Part shown: positions 28,472-41,250 of the stretch, in pieces
Layout of the letters: each line of letters opens with the position of its first letter
Numbering within the stretch: position 1 is the first letter of the stretch
From: Camelus dromedarius
Taxonomy: Eukaryota
NCBI RefSeq assembly: GCF_036321535.1
Contig: NC_087447.1
Coordinates: 52,020,001-52,084,000 of the forward strand
DNA: 64,000 nucleotides
Reading direction: 5' to 3'
Program-made: the position numbers and the translations under genes
Notes under the pieces: model-generated
Told to the model about the DNA's origin: nothing
Database searches by the model: none
The model's input: the letters and a program-made list of their open reading frames with translations, nothing else

Positions 28472-29049
28472 TACCAAACAGTCTCCCCTCAACAGGAAGC
28501 AAAGTGAGTTTCTTAACACAATCAAGTCCTATATAAAGTCTTAATAAATAGAAGACATCCAAACAGGAGAAACCATAGGCAGAAGACTCACTGTCTCATA
28601 GACTGAAAACCTCCAATCAAATCTTAAGCCTCCTGTCAGAATAATCTTTATAGAACTAAAATTTTGATAACTCTGAAAACAGTACAGAAATTCCCTTGAT
28701 GATTCCCCATAGTCCCCCCTGAACTAGCATAAAAGAAATTTCATTTTCTGGCATTCACCATTCTAAAGCTTTCTCTCTCTAATCCATACTCATGCTGTGC
28801 ACACTAGTCTTGTTTAACCACAAAATATTCTTACTAACCTCTCTGGATCACTGTACACAGTACACTGCTCCCCCTACCCAGAAGTCTCCTCTTCTGTTCA
28901 CATAGCTAACCCTTACTTATCCTTCAAGTTTCAGCTCAAAAATCACTTATCCATGAAGCCTTCTTACTAACAGCCATCCTAACACCTGCTCAGTGCCTAG
29001 CTTGGAAAGATGACCCTCCTATGTACTTCCACAGTAACCTATATACACA

Positions 29050-30005
29050 TGTCATTCACTCATCCAGGCACTGCTAAACCATGGAGACAGAACAATGAAT
29101 AAGACAGCTCTCTCTGAAAGCTTACAATGTCTAATGGGGAAGAAAGAAAATGAACACATAAACTCAAAAAGAAACAAGACAAGTACAATTTGGGGTGAGT
29201 GAGTCAGGCTGGGGGGAATGGGAAGGGCAGTACTCGGAAGCAGCAACATGCAAACAGGAACCTGAAGGATGAGAATGTATTTGCTATACTTGGAACTGGG
29301 AATACTCCAGGTAGGTTACTGTAGCTTGACAGGATCAAGCATTAGAGAGGGTTAAAAGATTCTGTTAGAAAGGAAGGCAAGAGCGAGACCACTGAAATGC
29401 CTTTATAGATCATGATAAGCAGTGTAGATTTTATCTCAAGAACACAGAGTAACCACTGAAATGGTTTAAGAAGGGTTGTGGTATTATGTATACTAAGATT
29501 ATGCTAGTGTCTGAATGATGGATAGACAGTAGGAGGATAAGAGTGTAAGTCGGGAGACTAATCACGAGGTGAGAAAAGACAGTGGCTTGAATTAGACAGG
29601 TAACACTGAAAACAGAAATGGAGAGACAGGATTTATGTTGAGGTAAGCCAACAGGATTTACTGATAAATTAGATGCCTGATTGTGGAAGACAGGGGAAAT
29701 ATGAATTAAATTTCACTTTCAGGTTTTTTACTTAACCAACTGAGTGGATAGTAGTAACTTTTACTCGGATGGGAAAAACTAGAAGAGAAAGAGGTTTTGG
29801 AGGGAAGGAATCTAGAGTTAAATTTAAGACATTATATTTGAATATATATTAGACATTATAGGAAAAATGTCAAATAAGCAGTTGATTCTACAAATCTGGA
29901 GATCAGAAAGAGACACTGGGGCTGGATATATGTTTACAGCTGTCACTCAGTAGGTGGTATACAAAGCCTTGGAACTGGGTGAGATGCCTGGGGAGAAATG
30001 ATAGA
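29050..30005 (-). mobile_element. L2 fragment
   Basis: cattcactcatccaggcactg..., caacaggatttactgataaattagatg, taagcagttggat-like motifs. Confidence 0.7.
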
Positions 30006-33000
30006 CTAGCGTTTCTCAATGTTGATAATAATGTTCTCTAGCAAATATTGTGGCAATCTGAGGGCACTTAGTCGGCAGGAGTTAGGGTTATCCTGCAATA
30101 TGTACAAAGTCCTATATAACTAAGACCTGCAATCTCCTAATTTTCTATCGTTTAGCTAGACATTTATATAGGTGATTGGTATAAAATTATCAACCAAACA
30201 ATGCAGATTTGAGCTGCTTGATAAACAGTTATTACTTTTATCTAGTTTATATATTGGGTCTCAGTATAAGATTTGCTTGGAAAAGACTTCAGAGCAAAAA
30301 CATTTGAAAATCACAATGGATGATTTTAACGTCTCTTCCACTCTAACATTCTACGATTCAACTCATCTTTCTCTGATCATGTAAAGTTTATTAGTGTAAC
30401 AACCCAGTCTTTCTCTATCTGTACAATATAATTTTTCAGGAGGGGGGGCGGCCCTAGGTTGTTCTGCCAATTGAAGACAGAAAATGCAGAGCCAAAAAAA
30501 AAAAAAAAGAAAAAAAAAGAAACCGAGAACTACCAAAAATTTTAAAATGTGTATATCCCAGTAAGTTTCATATTATGGGGGCTAAAATCCTTCCTGTTTC
30601 TTCAAGGACTTCCAAGAAAATATTAAATAAATATTTTGAATTGCTCTCCATTTATCTGTTCTCATAGCAGAACAAATATAGCTAAGTAGTTTCAAAGTCT
30701 CAAGGGAATGAAATTAAAAAAACCCACACAAATCTCAGTCTGTCTCCATGTAAAATATGTAGCAAGGAGAGAGTTATCAGCAGTTAACCGAGTAGTGAAA
30801 AGCAATATAATCAACAACGGAAAATTTATTTCACCTTCATAGTTACTGAAGCACACACATCCCATTTTATCTCCTTTTACTCTTTTCCCATCTTTTACTT
30901 TGTCCTCACCATCCCCACACTTTCCCCTATTCTATTTACTCATAATCCCAGAGAGGAAAAGTTGAGAACAGAATGCATATCGGCATGGCACAGAAACTTC
31001 AGAGGTCTCGAATCAAAACAGCATGCCATTACTCCGTTTTCCTTTGGTTAAAGATCATGAAGGAGAGGGACAGTACTCACCATCTCCAAGCTCTACATCA
31101 CCAGTGAATACCCTATTTTCTCTCTTTATCCCAATTAAGTGTTTACAGAGAGATTATGCCTTTTGTGATACAGATAATAAAGAATCAAAGAACCCCTGCA
31201 TTAAACAAGACTTTAACAGAAATCCCTTTTTTTAAAAAAAGAAAAAAGACCCTAAAGCTTTAAAGCTTTGTGTTAATTGTTAAGCCAAATGTCATACAAA
31301 ACCAGTTTTTGGCAAGACCAGTAGTAGAATACAGATTTCTCAGCTTCTAGTACACTCATCTTTCTAATATATAAGGTAGCTCCCCTATTTTTTTTTTCCA
31401 GTGAAGTACAAATAATGCTGTTGGATTCAAAATGCTTTTTTGAAAAAGTGTATTAGTCTCTCATAAGCATAGAATTCCGATCATATAAAACAAAACAGAG
31501 GAACTAAATCTGCCACATGGTCCCCAAATATTTGTGGTTTGGTAGTTTTATGTTCCCCACTGAGCTGTGTCTCAAATGGGCTGCCATCATGCCATAGGAA
31601 CTGCTATGGCAAGCCGTCAGACTGCATCTCACAGATGAATGCTAACACCAAGGGAACATCTCAGTAATTGCATTCGACTTCGCTGCTTTCGTTACTTTCG
31701 AGATGCTCCTGCTACCAACAAGCCTTATACGTAGGCCTTTCACTGATCTAATAATTTCCAACAAGTCCAGTTTATATTTCCATACTTTCCAGTTGCTACA
31801 AATATGTGTATCTTGGTGTACACTGAACTTCTAGCATAAAAATAATCTTTCTTAAAATAAGGATCCATTTACATTCCAGAACACCCACTAACTAGAACAC
31901 CCACTCTTAGCCCTAAGAAAGGGTTCATTTTGGCAAATGTTTGATCAGTAGGAAAGGAAGTTATTAGCTTAGACTGTTTGTAAACAGTCTGCTTTCTTGC
32001 TGAGCAGCCTGAGAACGAAAGAACAAGGAAAGAAACAAGAAAAGACATCTGGAGTCTGCAAGATCAGAGGGAGAAGCTGGGGCAAAACAAAAGGTGAATA
32101 AATAATGCTGCCTTATTTATTTTTTCTTTTCTTTCACAAAAGCAACACAGTGCAAACTGCCCAAAGTACAATTTGCTCCCAAATGTAAAGGAGTCAGGGA
32201 AATGTATCATACATTTTTCTTCACTATCATTCAAAAACAGTAATTTTGGCTTACCAGTTGCAGACTAGGGCTACAGAGATGAATATGACATGGTCCCAGT
32301 CCATTTACTACCTTCTTATCCCATTTTCTGGCCCTTCTGTAACAAGGGAAATCTGTTGTCCAGAGTTAAGTCCTTAAACCACTTGTACACATCAACTAAA
32401 TGAACATTTCCTCCTACTTAAGTGTGATAAAGGAAAAAAGTGAAAATCTTGGGAAGAGGAGGTGAGGGAAATACTCAGGTAGTAATGGCAAATTTGGAAT
32501 ACTGCTTATCAGAGAAATTCCCCTTTAGCCCTCTCTGATCATGAAGCATTGGTTCCAGACACTTCATCTTTAACTCCTAAAAACCTCTTTTGTTCCTTCT
32601 TTTCTATTTTTACCATTACTTCAAGACTTGGTGCATATCACTTCCTATTTAGATTTTATGCCAGTGGCCTAATACCGCCTGCTCTCTCTCCCTCTGCTAA
32701 CCTAGTCTTACTGCTTTCCTCAAAAGTCTTTCCCACGCTTACAAACTATCACTGGTTCTGCAGTGTGTCCTCCATTCTGTCCTAATCCATCATCTTTCCA
32801 GGCTTCCTTCCCACTAAACTCCATTAAACATTCAGAAACAGAAAAACATATTGACAATACTCTTCAAACCTAACAGATCTCGTTTCCCCATTTTGCCTTA
32901 GTGATCCTCACCCTGGGTGCTGATTCTGCATCTTCCCTCTGAATGTACCTGCCCCTCTCCCTGCTGAGAAACAATGCTTCACCAATCTCCTACCACTCAA

Positions 33001-35076
33001 CTGTATACCGCTTTACAATGTTACTCAACTTTGTATGTACCCATCTCTTCATAAGGTCCTTCTTGGCAAGGACTATTTTATATTTCTTTTACTCCCCCTA
33101 AAGGACTTGGCTACCACTAAACCCTCCACAAATACTTATAAAACAAAACTGCACTAAACATTATAAATCCTTATCAAATTTCATTCTATGAAAGTTAGTC
33201 CCTTATCTCCCACACCTCCTCCCAATATAAAAATTGAATCCAACCAATTATAACTAAGACAACATATTTTCTTGAAGTTTCTGTGAGGTGTAAAGCAAGC
33301 TACTGACACTTGGACCAGAAAGGCTTGTTTACCTTTACCTCTGGCTGTGGTTCTTAAGGATAATCTATGAAGTTCATCATTTTGATGCTATTCAAAAATT
33401 ATCCAAGATTCGTATTTTGGGGGATAAAAGTATCTCCTGAGTCAAAAATGCCATGGAATGCTTCCTTCAAGGATAGTATCCATAAAATAAATGTCCAATT
33501 TCCAACAAAAACCCATTCACCAAAACAATCAAATGGCATTGGCCGTAAAGAGTAAAAGCTCAAAAGTGTTTCTATCAATTCCTAGTGTTTACGAAACTCA
33601 CATTTTCATTTCATTTATGAGTACTTAACTGAATTCTAATGAATCCTAATTTATGTACTAACAATATGCAAGTTCACATTAAAACAAAAAGGAAAATCCA
33701 TTTTCTACTTCAATTAGCAATGGAAATAGCCATTTGTAGAAAAAAAAAATCCCCTCCATATTAAAAGTTCAAAGGTCTCTAGCAGAGGTGAACTAGTTAA
33801 CATAACTACTTCTGGGAAAATACAGGCCAAGAGCAGAGATGAAACAAAACAAAAATGTGCCTTGGTACTAACATGCAAAACCTACTTTTAAAATACACCT
33901 AGAAACCAACCACATTTTAGGATCTACCATTTCATCTCTGGTCTAAACCATTATCTTCTGTCCACCTGGATTATAGCATTAGTCTCTTAACTGGTTTTTC
34001 TTCGTCTGCTCTTACAACCTACCATTTAGTCTCCATACATTAGCCAGAATGGTCTCATTTAGACACTAGTGATTATGTTACTCCTTTCTTAGAACTCTCT
34101 GAGGACTTGCCATCTCACACAGAGTTACAGTTCTTCCAATGGCCTGCAAAGTCCTGTATCCAAGATTCCTAGTGGGTGTGTTTCTGAGTATTACAATGAT
34201 TAAGGAGAGGTACTGCAGTTTAGTGGGTACTACCAGAGTTTCAAATATTCCATGGAACATTCATGTTAGTGAATTATATGAATTTTGTTCTTTCAATATA
34301 TTCTGAATTTTCCAGAATGCAACCTTCATGTAAATTAAGGGAAGGCCGTACTTTGTTTGCAGAACTCTATCAAGAATTATTCACCATTTCACAAAATCCA
34401 ATCACCATTAGCAACAGTGTTATGGTATTTGAGTCAGCAATATAACACATCTGTTTAAGTCCTAATTTATAGCTCTTAAGGTCAGCCACTCTGTATAAAG
34501 GCTACTTGTATTCTAAACTTAGTACACCATAGTATTTACATAAAAGAAATACACTAATTATGTTACTTTCACTTTATGTCTTCTTTATATTAAGCTGGGA
34601 ACGTGGTACTATTTTCTTCTTTAAATTAAGTGAATAAAAAGCTTATATAACCTATATTTCATTTCAGGAGAGAAAAGGGATTATTACACTATATTTGTTA
34701 TAAAAAAGAGTATTTTACCTTATCACAGCCCTATATAATGGGCACCTACTCCCAACCCCTCATAACCGTCTGACCTCAGTTTCCACCATTCTTCCCATCA
34801 TTCACTATGCTCCATCCACACTGGCCTTTGTGGTTATTTCTTGGGAACTTCAGGCAGCTCCAGCCACAGAGCCTATGCACCTGCTGTTCCTCCTGACTGA
34901 AATGTTCTTCCCCCAGGTATCAATATTACTCCCTCACATCCATCATGTTTTTGTTTGAATATCCTTTCAGTGAGGACTTCCCTGACCACCCAATTTAAAC
35001 TTGAAAAATTAATTCCTCTCTCCCTTTCTCCCTCTAATCATTTTTCCCCCTCTTTCCTCCAGAGTACTAATCAGCA

Positions 35077-35605
35077 TGTGTTCTGATTATCCACTGCTGA
35101 GCAACGCTGTCTAAAATGTAGTGGCTGAAACAACAATATAATGCTATTTTTCAGGACTCTGTGGGTTGCCTGGGTTCAGCTGGGTGGTTCTTGCTTGGGG
35201 TCTCTCATGTGGTTACAGTCAAATGGTTATTGGGACTGAAGTCATCTGAAGGCTCAACCAAGCAAAACATCCAAGATGACTTCTTCAACCACAGGTCTGG
35301 TGCCTCAGCTGGGAGGGCTCAAACTGCTGGGAATCACTGTCTCACCACTTAGCCTTCCCACGTGACTAGTTTGGGCCAGCTCAAAGCACAGAGATACAGA
35401 TACGGGCTTCTCCTAAAGCTCACATTCCAAAAGACCTAAGGCAGAAACTGAAGTTTATGACTTAGCCAAGGAAGCTTCATTTCAACCTCGTTCTATTGGC
35501 TATACACAATCAGCCCAAATAAAGTGCAGGAGGGGGAAAAGAATGGTATGAATACTGGGAAGCAGAGTACACTAGAGAACTATCTTCAGAGACAGTTACC
35601 ACCAT
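35077..35605 (-). mobile_element. MaLR solo LTR (MLT1-like) within an L2
   Basis: tagtggctgaaacaacaa...ctgtgggttgcctgggttcagctgggtggttcttgctt...catccaagatg. Confidence 0.75.
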
Positions 35606-36375
35606 ACCTAACATACTACAGATTTTACTTTTATATTTTACTTGGTGTGCCTTCTACAAGGATATACATTCTCAAAGAAAAAGACTTCCATGTACTCTTT
35701 CACCACTATATCCCCAGTACATGTTATGTACTCAATATTGGGAAAAAATAATTATTGCATTAAGTAAGTGTACATCACTGATTCACCCTAGATGCTTGCT
35801 TTTCACCACAGGCCTCTCCCTTCCCCAAACTCCTATCAATTTAACTTTCTGGAAAGGGACCTGGAATGAATCCGGGTTATTTTGTAAGCAAAAAGTGAAA
35901 GTCAAGTTAGGGGCAAAAATCAAAGACAGCAATATCAAAAAGAATCACAAACTGATTACTTTGTCCCACGGATATCTCTGATCACTCCCACACTCAGTTT
36001 CTTCTTGTTAGAAAACCATGCTTTGACATTTAATATTTCTATACAGATTACCCTTACAAAACTCAATTAAATATTTATTCTGTCTACAATTTTATGTGTC
36101 AGCTTTATCTTCTGGATAAAAAAAGATTTCTTGAGGACCAGCTCATTTGAACTTAAAAAAGCAACTGCTAATTAAAAATTCTCAACATATGATACAATAC
36201 AAATCTGTGCATACAAGTATATGCCAGAAAAAAACTGAACTAGCTAGTGATTCTCCTAGTTGCTAAAGGTAAAGCAGTTATGAGTATGGGAGAAAAAGGG
36301 TGTTGGTCATGATCATCAAGCTTTTTAAGCCTGTGTCTACATTTGATGTTACATATTTAAGAGTTTCTCCAAGGG

Positions 36376-36549
36376 CAGTACCTTTCAATTTTGACTGTAT
36401 ATTAGAGGCACTTGTAAGCTTTTAAAATTCCCCACGCCACACTGTATCCCAGACCAAGTAATCTGAATTTCTGGGAGCAGAATCCAGGCATTTATGCTTT
36501 TAAATGTTCCTAGGTGAATTCAACACGCAGCAGAGACTAAGAATCGCTG
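36376..36549. mobile_element. MER5A-like hAT MITE
   Basis: cag...ttagaggcacttg...cccagacc...ctgaatttctggg...aggtgaattc...gaatcgctg. Confidence 0.7.
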
Positions 36550-36639
36550 CCTTAAACTCTCCATTCTCCTTTACCCTCAACAGTCTCTTTTAAACTAACA
36601 GTGGGGAAAAAAGAAACTAGGGAAAAAATTTTTTTAATT

Positions 36640-39600
36640 TATTCAAAAGAAGGCAAAAAAGAAAGGAATTGTTTTAAAAGGAAAAATGTACAAAGTAAAA
36701 AAAATCAGATGGTTTAAAAATCCAAATGCATAAGCAATCACAATAAACATTAGTAGACTAAATTAAACAGTAAAAAGAGCAAAGACTTAGTGATTAAATA
36801 TTTTTTAAAAAATCTGAGTTCCATACTGTTTCCAAGAATCACATAAGACAAAGAAAGGTTGATAATAAAAGGATGCATGACAGTTAAAAAACAAACAAAC
36901 AAACAAACAAAAACCATGCCAGACAAATGCTCATCAAAACCAAGCTGGTATGGTTAAATTAATATCAAACAAAAGAGATGATAAGGCAAAAAGCAGTACT
37001 AGAAAGAAAAAGGACCACTACATAACTAACAAGTGATTTCACCAAGAAGTGATTCTAAACTTGTGTATACCAGTAACATAAGCCGAAAAATACATAACGC
37101 AAAAACTATGAGAAAAAAATGAAATATATACCCGAGGATTTTAACACACCAGCAAATGGCAGATAAAGAAGACTAAATGTCAGTAAGCACGCTGCAGATA
37201 TGTGCATACAATTAATAATCTTGTTCTAATACACACATATTGAACACTGTACCTGATAACTGAAAAACACTCTTTCCAAAGATACACAGAACATTTATAA
37301 CACCACAAAAATATAAAGTGTCTAGGAATAAATGTAACAAAGATTCACAATCTTCATTTAAAAAGTTATTATATTCTACTGAAAGGTATTAAGAACTCCT
37401 AAATACATGGAGTAATATACTATGTCCAGTGGTATGAACACTCATACCATAAAGGTACAAGTTCTTCCAAATTGATCTACAGAATCAATGTTATTCCAAT
37501 TAAAGAGCAAACAGGGTTCTTTGGATCTTATCAAGATGATTTGTAAGTTTAAATGGAAGAGAAAAGGATCAAGAATAGCTAAGAAATTCCTAATATAAGG
37601 TAGAAGGATTTGCCTTTCTACCCATTAAAAGACTTATTAAAGAGCTACAGCAATTGAGAGTTAGGTACTAGCACAGGGATATTCTGATAAACTAATGGAC
37701 TAGAATAGAGCACACAGAAATAGACACACATACATGGAAATTCGATTTATGGCAGAGCTGGCAACTGTGATTCCAGGAAGAGAAATGAACTACTCAATAA
37801 ACAGTACTAAAATAATTAGTTATCCATTTTGGAAAAAAAAATTGGACTCGTAAATCATGACTAAAATTCAATTCCAGGTAGATTAAAGACATACATGTAT
37901 AAGGCACAAACTATAAAACTTTCAGGAGATAATACAGAAAGGATCTCTTAAACAAAGTACAAAAGCACAAACCATAAAGGAAAAGATTGAAATCTGACTA
38001 CATTAAAACTAAGAACTCTGTTTATCAAAAGACCATAGAAAGAAAAAGGCAAGCCACAAACTGGGAGGAAACATTTGCAACAGCATACTCAATAAAAAAC
38101 TGACACCTACAATATAAAAACACTGATATCAAAAGACAACACAATAGAAGAAGAAATGAGTGGCCAACAACCAGAAGGAAAAATCCCCAATCTTGACAGT
38201 TATCAGAGAAAAGCAAATTAAAATCACAACAAGATTCCATTTTATAACCATGAGATTGGTGAGATTTTACAAGACTGAAAATATTGGGTACAGGCAAAGA
38301 TGTGGAACAGCACACCCTGCTGGTGGCAGTTTAAATTCATTCTTCCCTTGTAACAGCTCAGCATGACAGAACCTTCACTCCAGAGGGATCAGGTCAAGGA
38401 CACAGGGCTCTCTTGAACACCAGCTCCCAGTAAAAGGACTATCCTAGCAGGAGGAAGAGTGTGCCAGCATTTCTCATCTTGCCCACAGCTACCTGTTGCT
38501 GAAGCTAAGTTCTGGGTGAGTGTGACTGAAAGGTGGGGGTGCCCTTCTTCTGCCCAGTGCCTGCTCCTGGGGACAGAGGCTCTGCCTTGAGTGAGGCACT
38601 GCTGAGAATATTAGACTTGGATTCTTATGCCCTGTATCATGGGGTATGGGGGTCCATGCTAACAGAGGCAAGCCAAGGAGACCTGAGGCTGCAGACAGCC
38701 ACTCAACTGGGCACTCAACCCCTAAATTGAGATATCACTTAGAAGTATCCATTGATTCTGCTGTCAGACAAAGGCCCTTGTTCAAAGATTTTCTCTGGGG
38801 GTAGAAGTAGCCATAAATCACTTTCAAATCTCTTCCCAATCTCTTCCCAAAGGAACTGGCTTCATTTGCAACAGAGTGTATAGAAGTTCACATTTAAGGG
38901 TGCTCTTAAAAACAGTGTTTTTGATGAAAGGCCACTGGGAGGAGACTGACAGATTCATTGGAGATAAACAGCTAAACTGTAGATCTGCCAATTTGTTGGA
39001 GAGAAATGGAAAGAGACAGCTGGGAAGAGATCTTCCGGGGCTAGAGTAAATTTCAAACACCGACCATGGGAAGTGTATCGTTAAAGGAACCTGAGTTTGA
39101 TTGGATTAGTCTGTAAAGCAATTATGTCCCTGAATATTTTTTGAAAACAACAGAGCAAGGAGCTGCAATTGGTGGAGTTTAAGAGCTGGATGTGGTCTAG
39201 GAAATGAACAGTCTAAGAGAGCACTGCCAGAATCAATGCCATCTCTGGGCGACTGCGGGCACCAAGGCTGTGCCCCTGAGGCACAGTACCCAGAGGCTTC
39301 ACACTGCTGATGTAGAGAGGGAAAGACAGATCTGTATCTAGAATAGATAAAGAACTCCTATAACTCAACAACAAAAAGACAAGTAAGCCAATTAAAAAAT
39401 GGGCTTAGGACTGAAATAGACACTTCTCCATAGAAGATGCACAAGTGGTCAACAGGCACACAAAAAGATGTTCAACACCCTTAGTCATTAGGGAATAGCA
39501 AACCAAAGCTACAAGATACCACTTCACATCATTAAGATGACTGTAACCAAAGAAGCTGAAAATAGCAAGAATTGGTGACAGTGTGGTAAAACTGGAACCC

Positions 39601-41250
39601 TCATACATCACTGTTGGGAATATAACAAAGTGCAGCCACTGTGGAAAATAATCTGGCAGTTTCTCAGTAACTTAAATATAGAACCTCACATGACCCAGCA
39701 ATTCCACTCCTAAATATATACTCAAAAGAACTGAAAACAGGTGTTCAAACCAAAACTTGTACACGAATGTTCACATTATTATTACTCATGATGGCCAAAG
39801 GTGGAAACAACCCAATGTATGTCAGAGAGTAAATGGCTAGAGAAAATATGGTGTATCTATACAATGGAATATTATTCAGAAATGAAACAAATGAAATTCT
39901 GACACATGCTAACAGAAGCCAGACACAAACGGCCATGTACTTCATGATTTATAAGACATATCCAGAACAGGGAAATCCACAGAGACATAAAGTAGATTAC
40001 AGATCACTAGGGGCTGAGGGTGAAGGGAATAGGGAATAGGGAATTTTTGCTACGCAGTTCCTGCTGGGGTGCTGGAAAATTTTGGAAACAGTAATGACGA
40101 TTGTACAACATTGTGAATATAATGGTATTGAATAGTGCATTAAAAATGGTTACTCTGATAAATTTTAATGTTTTATATATATAGGTCCACAATAATAAAA
40201 AAGCAAGCCAATCTAATGCCAAACTTCAATACATAGTATGAGATTCAGTATAAGAATCCCCACAATATGAGATTCAGATACAAAAAATTACAAATCTTCT
40301 TCGGTTCCATTTAACAGGATTTCAGTTCATTCTTCACTTTAAAGTATTTAAATGTACAAATTCTAGACTTAAATAATATTCCCATTACATGAAGTATTAC
40401 TCCCAGATTTTCTCAGCCTAATTTAATCTCATAGTGTGTGATCATTTATCTGCCATACTTTGACATAGCAGAATTGTAATTCAAAGCTTAAATATGAATT
40501 ATATATTAACATATAAATTGTAAACATTCAAAAGCAAAAAGCAAACCCACAATGAAATACCACTTCATACCATTTGGTATGGCTAAAATAAAAAAAAAGA
40601 CAGGCAATAATAAACGTTGGCAATAATGGAGAGAAACTGGAACCTTCACACATTGCTGGTGGGAATGTAAACTGGTGCAGCCACTTTCATTTGGTGGTTT
40701 TTCAAAATATTAAACATAGGGCTCATGTGATTCAGCAATTTCACCCAAGAGAAATGATATCATATGCTCACCCAAATGTTTTCATGAATGTTCACAGCAG
40801 TACCATCATTCATTATAGACCAAGGATAGAAAAAATCAAAATATCCATCAACTGCTAAATGAATAAACAAAATGCTGGACATGTGCACAATAGAATACTA
40901 GCAGGATATAAAAAGAATGAAGTACTGATACATGCTACAATATGTATGAGCCTCAAAAACTTTGTGCTAAATGAAAGCTAGACACAAAAGGCTATGTGTT
41001 ATATGACTGCATTTATATGAAATGCTCCAGATGAGGCAGATCAATAGAGAGCAGTTTAGTGGTTGCCTAGAGCTAGGGGTGGGACCAGGAAGGGACTGTT
41101 TAAGGGTATTGGGTTTCATTTTCGGGTGATGTAATGCTCTAAAATTAGACTCTGGTGATGGCTGCACAACTCTGTGACTATACTAAACACTTTCGAAATG
41201 TAAGTGGGTGATTTTTTTGGTATGTAATACATATCTCGAAAAAGCTTTTT
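36640..41250 (+). mobile_element. Cluster of old L1 fragments (ORF2 pieces and two L1MB-like 3' ends at about 39330-40200 and 40530-41250)
   Basis: aattgatctacagaatcaatg, gacccagcaattccactcct, aaactggtgcagccact. The 38340-39320 segment is less certain. Confidence 0.75.

Noticed and set aside
31075..31197. Possible 115-nt cryptic exon (31195-31081, donor ATG|GTGAGT)
   Set aside because: Modest acceptor and no other support; expected by chance in a 27 kb intron.
31590..31611. Hairpin tgccatag-N6-ctatggca
   Set aside because: An 8-bp stem is expected by chance in 64 kb; no miRNA or snoRNA features.
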